A DNA stretch of 64,000 nucleotides, taken from assembly GCA_001627865.1 (NCBI GenBank), contig LUQO01000004.1:10384-74383 (forward strand), read 5' to 3'. The translations under genes and the position numbers were made by a program. This DNA is from SAR324 cluster bacterium REDSEA-S27_B3 (GTDB lineage: Bacteria; SAR324; NAC60-12). The notes below the pieces were generated by a model. It searched no databases, had not been told where the DNA came from, and saw nothing but the letters and a program-made list of their open reading frames with translations. This document shows, one piece after another, positions 10,068 to 19,246 of this stretch. How positions within the stretch are numbered: position 1 is the stretch's first letter; every line of letters starts with the position of its first letter.

Positions 10068-11642
10068 ATGCGAAATAATTCCCTATTGATTTTAGCTGCA
10101 TTTCTTATCTTGGTAGGCAGCTGCCGCACACAGGGCAGATTGACCTATTTGACATTTGAGCAAAGCTTCAACTACCAGGAGTTGACTTCCTCAATGGAGA
10201 AACTAAAAAATCAGTATGACAGTTCTATTCAGCAACAGGTCAGCGCTTTACGTGAAATACGTTATATTTCAAAGCATATTGGGGAACCGGGCAAACGTGA
10301 AATGGCGCTGCGTGCAGTAACATTTTTTGCTTTTGTAAGCGACGACGGAGATATACGTGACAGAAGTATTTCACGTCTGCATACGGTACTTGATGACCCT
10401 GAATGGCCTTCTCATTTAAAAATCACTGTAATCAACAGCATTGTTGATCTGGTTAAAGGCGAAATGGGTTTTCAGGAAAAACACGACGGAATGATCATGG
10501 TTTTTGGTGTTGAATCAGATTTGAGAAAAGATGCATTGAAATTTCTGCTGAACAAATTTGATGACCTCACACATGAACTTCAATACCATACCGTCAGCGC
10601 TTTGCACAGGCTCTTGCTCACTGCTCCAACACTGGAAAACTGTCCGGTAAACATTTGTGATGAAGATGTCCGTAAGAACCAGGAGGAATGGAATCTTGGA
10701 GTGGAAGTAAAAGTTGCAATTCCGGATAATGCTGACCCCAAAGCATTGGAAGCTGGCGCTTATGGGCCTTTAACCAAACGTGAAACGCTGGAGGAGCGTG
10801 AAGACTGGAATGAAGAAATGGGTGAACTTAAATTGGTCGTCTGGGAATGGATTGAAGATGCCCTGGATGATCAAGATGTCCCTTATTTGATTCAAGGCCG
10901 ATTAATTAGATTTGCCGGAGAAATTGAGCATTTCTCATTAGAGGAAGAAAAGGCAACTGATTTTCTTGAACAAATTTCAGTCTGGGCAGAGAATGAGGAT
11001 ATTTCTGTTGATTTGAGACAACTGCTTGGCGCTTCAAGGGAAAAGGTTCAACTTTATGGATTCCCGGCGACAAAGTCACCGCAAATATCAAAAAAAATGT
11101 ATGCCGGTATTCTAAATAGTCCCTTAAACTTTTTAGAAACCCATCTTGACGCAATACTGTACCAACAGTTTGAACGTCAAAAAAGCGGCTTTGATCCTGG
11201 AAAACCTGCAGCAATCGGATTAGCATTTACTTCTTTTGATGAGACAGACGAAGGCCAGCTGAAAAGGGAAATAATTCTGGAAAACGTTACCGAAGCACTG
11301 CAAAAAGGATTATTGATGGAAAGTACTAATCTGGCAGAACTGGTTTCTACTGCGACAGACAATACTCGCACTGAAACAGAGCTTGTGCCATTATTGAAAC
11401 TTTCCGGGGCTTTGTTTCCTTCATTCGAGGCACAAAATCAAAATCCTCGTCCCTTGTTCGAAAAGCTGCTGGAAAAGGCTGAGGCTGCTGAAACCTTATC
11501 GGAGCGCAGACTATATATCAACGCGGTTCTCGATGGGGCTAAGATTTTTCCTGAAGAAGCAAATTTCACCCTTGCCAGTGCAAGTGAACAGGATGTAGTT
11601 ACAAGTTATCATATTGACTCAACTCTGCAAAAACTGGAATAG
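10068..11642 (+). CDS. Hypothetical lipoprotein, acidic, helical-repeat (HEAT-like) appearance
   Basis: The lipobox is LILVGS-C within MRNNSLLILAAFLILVGSC. 524 aa with no recognised catalytic motif and no CXXCH. It starts 28 bp after the OMP gene. Confidence 0.6.
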   Translation: MRNNSLLILAAFLILVGSCRTQGRLTYLTFEQSFNYQELTSSMEKLKNQYDSSIQQQVSALREIRYISKHIGEPGKREMALRAVTFFAFVSDDGDIRDRSISRLHTVLDDPEWPSHLKITVINSIVDLVKGEMGFQEKHDGMIMVFGVESDLRKDALKFLLNKFDDLTHELQYHTVSALHRLLLTAPTLENCPVNICDEDVRKNQEEWNLGVEVKVAIPDNADPKALEAGAYGPLTKRETLEEREDWNEEMGELKLVVWEWIEDALDDQDVPYLIQGRLIRFAGEIEHFSLEEEKATDFLEQISVWAENEDISVDLRQLLGASREKVQLYGFPATKSPQISKKMYAGILNSPLNFLETHLDAILYQQFERQKSGFDPGKPAAIGLAFTSFDETDEGQLKREIILENVTEALQKGLLMESTNLAELVSTATDNTRTETELVPLLKLSGALFPSFEAQNQNPRPLFEKLLEKAEAAETLSERRLYINAVLDGAKIFPEEANFTLASASEQDVVTSYHIDSTLQKLE

Positions 11643-11664
11643 ACTTTTTAACAGCCAGCAGACC

Positions 11665-13008
11665 ATGCATGAAATGAAACCGGTTAAACAAAAAAGTTTT
11701 TTCATGAATTCAATTACCAGAATTCTGGCCATTTTGCTGCTGCAGCTGGCGTTGGTTTCATGCGCCGACAAACAGGATTCAGGACAAAGTTGTGAGGTCC
11801 AGCTTGATGAACAAAAGTATAAAACTGTTGCAGATAATACCAATTGTTCAAATTACGAACGGGCCAGCGGCTACCTCGGGCAGGCTGGTGTATCATTTGG
11901 AAACTTTCTAAAAAAAGGTGCTTCAGACAACCTGACCAAAACTCTGGGTATTAAAAAACTGAGTTCTCCCACTGACTACACAACAGGGAACCGCGGATTC
12001 ATCACAAAAGCACTTTGTTTAATTGGCGCAAATACCTTTCTTACATCCAGCCGCTGCAACAGCAGTTCAAGGACGCGGACAACAAATGAACTTGAAATAT
12101 CAATGTTTGCCAATATTGCTGATTTTCTGTATCTCAATTATGGTGTTCTGGACAATGATTCAAACGGTACTATTTCCTCAACAGAAGGAGAAGCTTTCAC
12201 AAAATTGAAAACTGATGGAATCAGTGTTGAAGGATTAGGAACAGGATTAGCTACTTATAATAATTTTGAGGTTGTGATTGGATCAAATCATTATGTAGCA
12301 AATAGCGATCATACAAAATGTGACCCATACATAGACAATTATACGTTCACTCCAAGTTCAAATACTTCTTGTGCAGCAAGAGCACTTTCACATGGAATAT
12401 CCATAACAGAAATAAGGCCCATTTTCAAACTGGATAATATGACAGATGTTACAGCCGATGGTGATTTGCTTAAATTAGTTTCAATGGTAAGTGAACTTTC
12501 AATGATTTCAACCGCGCTTTCATCAGATTTTGAAGAACTTACAATCAGCTCTGAAAACAGTATCCGAAAGAGTCTTACTGAAGGACTGAGCAAACTTGAT
12601 AATGGCGCCAAGGATAATAATCCAACTGCAGACCAGGCCTGCCTTGCAGTTACCTTATTTGATGTCATGTTTTTATTGGTTAAAAACGCGTCGGATAACA
12701 GCACCACGTCAACCGGGTTAAAAAGCGGCAATCTGATCAGCACAACTGATTTGATAAATGCTGTGGACAGCAGCTTAAGCCTGTTGCCTACAGGAGCTTC
12801 TGCTGTAATAAAAGCGCTCCCAATGAAATCAGCAAGAATTGTTTATGCCACAAACAGTCCGGCAACAACACATACAGACTCATACGAGGCCGCAGAAAGC
12901 AGTCTCTACAAGGCCATAAAGAATACACGCAGTCTTGGTATTGATGACAGTGTAAAAAGTGATGGAAAAGTCACATTCCGCGAATTAATATGTGTGGCTG
13001 AAAACTGA
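11665..13008 (+). CDS. Hypothetical lipoprotein with one canonical EF-hand Ca2+-binding loop
   Basis: The ORF track begins at 11614, overlapping the upstream gene. In-frame ATG codons at 11665 or 11704 give MHEMKPVKQKSFFMNSITRILAILLLQLALVS-C with the lipobox LVSC. The EF-hand loop is DNDSNGTISSTE at 12151-12186. There are eight Cys and no CXXCH. Confidence 0.6.
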   Translation: MHEMKPVKQKSFFMNSITRILAILLLQLALVSCADKQDSGQSCEVQLDEQKYKTVADNTNCSNYERASGYLGQAGVSFGNFLKKGASDNLTKTLGIKKLSSPTDYTTGNRGFITKALCLIGANTFLTSSRCNSSSRTRTTNELEISMFANIADFLYLNYGVLDNDSNGTISSTEGEAFTKLKTDGISVEGLGTGLATYNNFEVVIGSNHYVANSDHTKCDPYIDNYTFTPSSNTSCAARALSHGISITEIRPIFKLDNMTDVTADGDLLKLVSMVSELSMISTALSSDFEELTISSENSIRKSLTEGLSKLDNGAKDNNPTADQACLAVTLFDVMFLLVKNASDNSTTSTGLKSGNLISTTDLINAVDSSLSLLPTGASAVIKALPMKSARIVYATNSPATTHTDSYEAAESSLYKAIKNTRSLGIDDSVKSDGKVTFRELICVAEN

Positions 13009-13009
13009 T

Positions 13010-14359
13010 ATGCGACAGATTGTTGCTTGTACCTTCCTGTTTTTCCTGCTTTCTCCTACTTTTTCTCTTGCCCAAAACACGCTGCTGGTTTTTTCAGGTG
13101 ACTTGCGAGGAGAAATAAAACCCTGCGGATGCGCAGAAGAAGGAGACATGGGGGGACTGCTCCGCAGACTCACTTTTTTTAAAAAGCAGGATCCTCTGCA
13201 TGAGAATCTTTTATATTTTGATTTGGGAAATAATTTTCCAGAACCATCCGAACAGGGCGATCTCAAAATTCGGCTCATTCATACAGCCCTGGAAAAATTA
13301 AGTCCGGAAGTTGTGCTGGTTGGTCCAAGTGAATGGCAAAACGGTCAGCACTGGCTTACTCCAGATATCCCTTACCTTCTCAGCAATCAAGATTCAAAAT
13401 TTAATTTTTTAACTTCAAAAATTATTTCTCAGGGAAACCAGAGTCTCGTAGTATTTGGGTATTTATCTCCGGGTCTGGTTTATCAGAATAAAAACGAACT
13501 GCCTGCAATAATGCCTGTCAGTCCGGATTTATTGTCAGAGTGGAAGGAAAAAATTGGAAAAACTTCCCAAAAATTCCGGATACTTTTGTTTCGTGGTATA
13601 TCAGATGAATTGGAAAAATTCAACAAGTCCGGACTGTTTGACCTGATTGTTACCGGCAGCAACAACAATGATGAATTAAAACAGGTTATGAAAATACAAG
13701 GAGGGTCCAGATACTTTCCCATGATCCCAACCAAAGGCCAGGGAGTCTTAACAGGAAAACTGACGCAATCCGGAAAAATCATTCCGGACAACCAGGAAAG
13801 TGTCCCGGACGGATTATCAGTTTCATGGCTGCGAGGAGATATTAAAGATGCTCCGGAACTGCTGGAAACATTTCGGAACTATGATTCCAAAGTAAAAGAG
13901 TTGTTTTTCAGTAATTTAGCACGAAAGGAAAAACATTTGATAGATTCTCCTTTTGTTGGAAATCAGGTTTGTGCAGCGTGTCACTCAGAGAGCGCTGCAG
14001 TCTGGAAAAACAGTCGTCATGCCGATGCTTTTGCCACACTGGAAAACGAAGGTAAACATTTTGATCCAGAATGTCTCGAATGTCACGTGGTTGGACTTAT
14101 GCCCTGGGCTGCTCCCGAAAATGCTTCTGAAGCAGTCCGAAAATTTGAGGGTGGTAGAGGATTCCTTAGTTTACAGTTAACACCGCATTTAACAAATGTT
14201 CAGTGCGAAAACTGTCATGGCCCTGCCAAAGCTCACTTGGCTAACAGCAAAATCAGCCCCGCGATCAAAAACCCTGACTCAATTTGTGCTGACTGTCATC
14301 AAGGCAGTCACTCCCCATTGTTTGATTTCGAAAAATACTGGCCCAAAATCAAACACTGA
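13010..14359 (+). CDS. Tetraheme c-type cytochrome (c554-like module) with a degenerate N-terminal metallophosphoesterase/5'-nucleotidase-like domain
   Basis: ATG at 13010 gives the signal peptide MRQIVACTFLFFLLSPTFSLAQN. The track ORF starts at GTG 12992, inside the previous gene. The C-terminal third carries four CXXCH motifs: CAACH, CLECH, CENCH and CADCH. In the N-terminal domain GDLRG, DLGNN and VGPSEW sit where GDxHG, GD and GNHE are expected. Confidence 0.85.
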   Translation: MRQIVACTFLFFLLSPTFSLAQNTLLVFSGDLRGEIKPCGCAEEGDMGGLLRRLTFFKKQDPLHENLLYFDLGNNFPEPSEQGDLKIRLIHTALEKLSPEVVLVGPSEWQNGQHWLTPDIPYLLSNQDSKFNFLTSKIISQGNQSLVVFGYLSPGLVYQNKNELPAIMPVSPDLLSEWKEKIGKTSQKFRILLFRGISDELEKFNKSGLFDLIVTGSNNNDELKQVMKIQGGSRYFPMIPTKGQGVLTGKLTQSGKIIPDNQESVPDGLSVSWLRGDIKDAPELLETFRNYDSKVKELFFSNLARKEKHLIDSPFVGNQVCAACHSESAAVWKNSRHADAFATLENEGKHFDPECLECHVVGLMPWAAPENASEAVRKFEGGRGFLSLQLTPHLTNVQCENCHGPAKAHLANSKISPAIKNPDSICADCHQGSHSPLFDFEKYWPKIKH

Positions 14360-14375
14360 TCAAATACTCACTGGG

Positions 14376-15248
14376 TCAGGTCATCCAGCGGTCACGAGCT
14401 GATTTGGAAAGAGCAAGAAGTTCTATTAACTTTTCTTTATCATTGCTTTTAATTGTTTCCTCAAGCCCAGACAACACTTCATTAAAAGCACTGACCCGCG
14501 GAAGCAGTTTCTCCTGGTTTTCAAGAAAAATATCTGCCCACATTTGAGGACTAGAAGAAGCAATACGGGAAAAATCCTTTAGTCCGGCACCGGAAAGGCC
14601 CAGAGCATTCTGCGACTCATTGCTCGCGATTGCCTGTATGCAGGCGTACGCCAGAAGATGGGGCAGATGGCTGACTGAAGCAAACATCTGATCATGCGAA
14701 TCTGCATCCATTTCAGACACTTCCGCGCCCAGTAATTCCCAAAATTTTCGGACAATCTGAACTGCATCATCGTCCGTATTTACAACCGGAGTAAGAATGC
14801 AGCGTTTTCCTGAAAACAAATTGTCCTGTGCCGCTCCCGGACCAAAATGTTCTGAACCGGCAATTGGATGTCCTCCAACAAAAAGGATTCCATCATACTC
14901 AGGAGAACACATCATGTTCAGAAGTGGAGATTTTACACTGCCTGTGTCTGTTACAATTGCTTTTTTGGAAATATGAGGAAGAATTTGAGGAAGAACTTCT
15001 GTAAAGGCTTTTACCGGGACAGCCAGCAAAACTAACTCTGCCTCAGCAAGTTTTTCGTCAGGCGAACCGGACAGGTAATCAACTAATTTCCTGGAATTGA
15101 TTTCTTCGTGGTATTCAGCGTTATTGTCGTATCCCAGTATTTGCCGGGCTAATCCGAGGCGTCGCACATCTTTTGCGACTGAGCCACCAATCAGTCCCAG
15201 CCCCACAATGGCTATTGCTCCAAACGGGGGGTCTCCTGAAGCAGACAT
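14376..15248 (-). CDS. tyrA: Prephenate/arogenate dehydrogenase
   Basis: The Rossmann motif is IAIVGLGLIGGSVAKD. Further support comes from GGHPIAGSE, SHDQMFASVSHLPHLLA and a length of 290 aa. Confidence 0.9.
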   Translation of the reverse strand: MSASGDPPFGAIAIVGLGLIGGSVAKDVRRLGLARQILGYDNNAEYHEEINSRKLVDYLSGSPDEKLAEAELVLLAVPVKAFTEVLPQILPHISKKAIVTDTGSVKSPLLNMMCSPEYDGILFVGGHPIAGSEHFGPGAAQDNLFSGKRCILTPVVNTDDDAVQIVRKFWELLGAEVSEMDADSHDQMFASVSHLPHLLAYACIQAIASNESQNALGLSGAGLKDFSRIASSSPQMWADIFLENQEKLLPRVSAFNEVLSGLEETIKSNDKEKLIELLALSKSARDRWMT

Positions 15249-15251
15249 TTC

Positions 15252-16190
15252 TTAAGCTGAGCTTGTAGCAGCTGAAGTTCCCCCGCGCGGAACTAATTTA
15301 GTCAACAGAACTGCCACAGGACTAGCCACATAAATTGAAGAATATGTCCCGATTAAAATTCCTACCAGCAAGGCGAAGGCAAAATCGTGAATGATTTCAC
15401 CGCCCAGTATAAACAAGGCCAGAACAACCAGCAGAGTGGTTCCGGAAGTAATTAATGTTCTGCTCAATGTTTCCGTGATGCTCAGGTTGATTGTTTCCTC
15501 TATGGATTTCTTGCGGTATTTCCCCAGGTTCTCCCGGATGCGGTCAAAGACGACAATAGTATCATTCAGCGAATATCCCACCACAGTCAACAATGCAGCA
15601 ACAACAGTTAATGAAAATTCTTTCTCCAAAATGGAAAAGATCCCTACAATAATTAACACATCATGAACCAAAGCTACTATCGCGCTGATTCCCTGGCGCC
15701 ACTGAAAACGAATTGTTATGTACAGCAGAACCAGCCCCAGTGCTATCAGAATCGCCTGCACCGCGCTGATTTTCAGTTCATCACCCACTTTCGGTCCAAT
15801 TGATTCAATACGGCGTATTTCTAATTTTTGATGTTGAGGCTCAAGTATTTTGCCTAATTCTGCAGTCAAATGCTCGCCTGTTCCAAGCGGACTGTCAATT
15901 GGAAGTCCAAGCAGTATTTCCTGATCAGTGACATCACCAAAAGTCTGAAGAACCACATTCTTCATATCATGTTCGGCAAACAGTTTCCTCAGCTGATCAA
16001 GATCCGGCTGAGATGTAAACTGAATCTGCACATTGGTTCCTCCTCTGAAGTCGATACCGTATTTTAACCCTTTATGTAAAGCAATCGACACTACGCCTGC
16101 CAGTATGAGTACAGCTGAGATGATTGCCGCAATACGCCGGTAGCCGAGGAAATTTATAAACTGACCTTCTTTAAAATTTATAAACTGCAT
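15252..16190 (-). CDS. secF: Protein translocase subunit SecF
   Basis: 312 aa with the conserved GIDFRGGT motif and six-TM SecF architecture. It lies immediately downstream of secD. Confidence 0.95.
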   Translation of the reverse strand: MQFINFKEGQFINFLGYRRIAAIISAVLILAGVVSIALHKGLKYGIDFRGGTNVQIQFTSQPDLDQLRKLFAEHDMKNVVLQTFGDVTDQEILLGLPIDSPLGTGEHLTAELGKILEPQHQKLEIRRIESIGPKVGDELKISAVQAILIALGLVLLYITIRFQWRQGISAIVALVHDVLIIVGIFSILEKEFSLTVVAALLTVVGYSLNDTIVVFDRIRENLGKYRKKSIEETINLSITETLSRTLITSGTTLLVVLALFILGGEIIHDFAFALLVGILIGTYSSIYVASPVAVLLTKLVPRGGTSAATSSA

Positions 16191-16227
16191 TGTGTTATTG
16201 TTAGCTGAAAAACTGTTTCTGCATCAT

Positions 16228-17796
16228 TCAGATACTTAGTGAACGCAATTTTGTCCGTCTCAAATAAACAAAATCAAAAAAGAAACGAGTCACTACAATT
16301 GCTGTAAACATGCTTGCAATTATTCCAATGGAAAGTGTTACGGCAAAGCCTTTGATAGGTCCTGTGCCAAATTGCAGCAGAGCCAGTGCGGCAAAAAGTG
16401 TAGTGACATTCGCGTCCAAAATAGTACGGAAAGCTTTTCCAAAACCTTCCTGGATGGCAGCTCTTGGGTTTTCAGTCCGTTTGATTTCTTCTCTTATTCG
16501 CTGGAAAATCAAAACATTTGCGTCTACTGCCATGCCGATAGTCAATACGATTCCTGCCATACCCGGAAGGGTTAGTGTGGCTCCAAAGGCTCCAAGAACA
16601 GAAATAATTAATATAATGTTGAAAATCAGTGCAACTGCTGCAAAAACTCCTGCAAGACGGTAATAGACAAGAATGAAAATTAAAACAAGGACACTGCCGA
16701 TCAACAATGAATTCAGCCCCTGATCTACTGAATCTTCTCCGAGGCTTGCTCCAACTGTACGCTCCTCCCTGATTTCGATGGGTGCAGGTAATGATCCGGA
16801 GCGCAGAACAATCTTTAATGTATCTGCTTCTTCAACAGTAAACTGTCCGGAAATTGAGGCTTCTCCTCCGGTTATTGCTTCACGTATAACCGGGGCAGAC
16901 TGCACTTTATCATCCAGCACAATTGCCATGTTTCGTCCCACGTTTCTACGCGTGATTTTGGCAAACTTGTCCGCGCCAATAGAATCGAATGAAAGTGAAA
17001 CATAGGGCCTGTTATCCTGGGGATCAATACGTACTCGTGCGTCCCTGATAAACTCACCTGTCATCAGGATTTTCTTCTCCAGAACATAAGGCCTTTTGGA
17101 AATAAGTTTGTTAGTTGTCTTGTCCCAAACCTCTTCATATTTGACAACTTCTGAAATCCTGTTATAGCTGTCAGGAGTGGCATTATTATTAACCAGTTGA
17201 AACTGTAGAACTGCTTGAGGACCAATCAGTTCAATCGCACGATCTCTGTCTTTTAAGCCGGGAAGCTGGATTACAATGTTGTTTTCGCCCTGCTGCTGCA
17301 ATGATGGTTCACTGATGCCCAGGCTGTCTATGCGGTTGCGCAGTACTTCAAGCGCCTGACTTACAGCGTTTTTACGAATAAGCTCAGCTTCCTCCGCCCT
17401 GAGTTTCAGAAAAGTCAGATCATCCTGTTTATTCTGATCAAACTGCACCAGAAAACGATCATAAGGTGACTTCTTCAAATCTACTTTTTTTCCTGACTCC
17501 ATCTCTACAATCAAGGAGTCAACAGTTTGACGCACCTCAACAAAATCGACCTGTTCATCAATCATCAAATCTTCAAGTTCTTCTGCAGTACGGCGAAGAA
17601 TTTCTTTGACCGCGTCATCAGCTTTAATTTCAATGTCAAGGTACATCCCTCCTTGTAAATCCAGGCCAAGATTAACCTTATTTTCCACAGTCTGTGGATC
17701 AACCCCTGTTTGATACGCCCTGTAGGTTGGAAACACGTAATATAGAGCGGCAAGCAGCACAATCAGGATGATGCCACCTTTTAGTTTAATGTCCAT
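16228..17796 (-). CDS. secD: Protein translocase subunit SecD
   Basis: 522 aa. It has LGLDLQGG, a large periplasmic P1 domain and a C-terminal six-TM bundle. The gene order yajC-secD-secF is canonical. Confidence 0.95.
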   Translation of the reverse strand: MDIKLKGGIILIVLLAALYYVFPTYRAYQTGVDPQTVENKVNLGLDLQGGMYLDIEIKADDAVKEILRRTAEELEDLMIDEQVDFVEVRQTVDSLIVEMESGKKVDLKKSPYDRFLVQFDQNKQDDLTFLKLRAEEAELIRKNAVSQALEVLRNRIDSLGISEPSLQQQGENNIVIQLPGLKDRDRAIELIGPQAVLQFQLVNNNATPDSYNRISEVVKYEEVWDKTTNKLISKRPYVLEKKILMTGEFIRDARVRIDPQDNRPYVSLSFDSIGADKFAKITRRNVGRNMAIVLDDKVQSAPVIREAITGGEASISGQFTVEEADTLKIVLRSGSLPAPIEIREERTVGASLGEDSVDQGLNSLLIGSVLVLIFILVYYRLAGVFAAVALIFNIILIISVLGAFGATLTLPGMAGIVLTIGMAVDANVLIFQRIREEIKRTENPRAAIQEGFGKAFRTILDANVTTLFAALALLQFGTGPIKGFAVTLSIGIIASMFTAIVVTRFFFDFVYLRRTKLRSLSI

Positions 17797-17928
17797 GATT
17801 ATTGATTAAAATATGCTGAGTTCAAGATAGGGCAGGCAGAAAAATAATAAATCAGATTACAGTAATTTAGTTTGAAAATCTGGAAGACAAAGTAAAACTC
17901 CTTTTTCAGGAAAAATATTGTTCATTTT

Positions 17929-18327
17929 TTAATCGTCTGTTTTTTTCTTTTTTGCTTTTTTTCCCTTTTTGTCTTCTATCTCTTCTTTTACCTCTTCATC
18001 ATCAATGTCACCTCCGGCTTTTTTGTCTGTCCGGGCAACCTGTTGCCTCTCTAACTGAATTTGAACCTTGCTGGCAATCTCCAAAGTAACCCTGTCATCT
18101 CCTACTTTGACGATTGTTCCAAATATCCCACCGTTGCTGACAACTTTGTCACCCTTTCTCAGACTGTCCACCATTCTCTGGTGCTCTTTCTGCTTTTTTT
18201 GCTGAGGTCGGATTATCAGAAACCAGAATACTCCAAGTATTAAAACAAGTGGAATAAACTGGAAAAAAGGACTACCCGAGGCTGAGTCAGCTGACTGGGC
18301 ATACGCGACTGAATAAAAAGGAAACAT
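17929..18327 (-). CDS. yajC: Preprotein translocase subunit YajC (with a Lys/Glu-rich C-terminal tail)
   Basis: A single TM is followed by IRPQQKKQKEHQRMVDSLRKGDKVVSNGGIFGTIVKV, the YajC signature. It lies upstream of secDF. Confidence 0.9.
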   Translation of the reverse strand: MFPFYSVAYAQSADSASGSPFFQFIPLVLILGVFWFLIIRPQQKKQKEHQRMVDSLRKGDKVVSNGGIFGTIVKVGDDRVTLEIASKVQIQLERQQVARTDKKAGGDIDDEEVKEEIEDKKGKKAKKKKTDD

Positions 18328-18550
18328 TATTTATATCCTGTTGAAGTGAATCAGATTGTTTAACCGTAGAAGTCTATCATTAAAGTGAGAATATTTCACG
18401 TCAAAATACATTCTTTTTAAAATATTTCCTTTTGAAACAAAATAATTTTACATAAAGAAGCTAGTTTTTTTCTTTCAATATATTGAAATATTTGAAATTA
18501 TTAAAGCATTATATGAATTGTCTTAATTATCTTAAATATTTTTAGACTCC

Positions 18551-19246
18551 TTAGATTGTCCTTGGATGCAGGTGGGCATACCAGCGAAATTCAAGTTTTT
18601 TGAAGAGCCCGACAATGATGAAGGTCACACAAAGGTAAAAAAAGCCTGCAGTGATAAACGACTCAAAGGGCACAAAATATCTGGAATTCACAATTTTTGC
18701 CGCGCCAAACAGGTCAACAATGGTAATCACACCGGCAACCGCGCTCCCATGAAGCATGAAGATAACTTCGTTGCCATAAGCCGGAAGGGCTCTGCGAAAA
18801 GTCCCTGGAAGAATAATACGCCGATACAGAGTTGTTTTTGACATCCCACAGGCGCGTGCAGCTTCAATTTCCCCAAAGGGAGTTTGCTCTATTGTTCCTC
18901 GCAGTATTTCAGCCGTGTATCCTGCAGTGTTGAGCGCGAAGGCAATAAGCGCGCACCAGTATGCTTCCTTGAATACAATCCATATAACACTCTCACGGAT
19001 GGCCTCAAACTGGCCCATTCCATGATAGATCATGAACATTTGCACCAGCAGCGGGGTGCCTCTGAAAAAGTAGATGTAACTTTTTGGAGGAACACGCAGC
19101 AAGATGTTTTTTGAAGTGGCAAGCAGAGCAATGGGCAGGGCCAGAAAGAAGCCCAGAACAAGTGCCATTAAAACCAGTTGAATAGTAACCCACAACCCCT
19201 CAAAGTACAGTGGAATGTTACTGAAAATAACTTCGTAGTCCATCAT
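18551..19246 (-). CDS. Polar amino-acid ABC transporter permease (HisM/ArtM-like)
   Basis: The EAA-type loop is IEAARACGMSKTTLYRRIILP. 231 aa. There is a 4-bp overlap with the upstream permease gene. Confidence 0.9.
   Translation of the reverse strand: MMDYEVIFSNIPLYFEGLWVTIQLVLMALVLGFFLALPIALLATSKNILLRVPPKSYIYFFRGTPLLVQMFMIYHGMGQFEAIRESVIWIVFKEAYWCALIAFALNTAGYTAEILRGTIEQTPFGEIEAARACGMSKTTLYRRIILPGTFRRALPAYGNEVIFMLHGSAVAGVITIVDLFGAAKIVNSRYFVPFESFITAGFFYLCVTFIIVGLFKKLEFRWYAHLHPRTI

Noticed and set aside
12339-12743. 134-aa minus-strand ORF inside the second lipoprotein gene
   Set aside because: It is antisense to the operon frame, which has a lipobox and an EF-hand. It has no start context.
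8930-14359. Classifying the operon as an MtrCAB/Pcc-type porin-cytochrome electron conduit
   Set aside because: Neither lipoprotein contains a CXXCH motif, and the only cytochrome has four hemes and no lipobox. The resemblance is architectural only, so it is reported as an unknown system.
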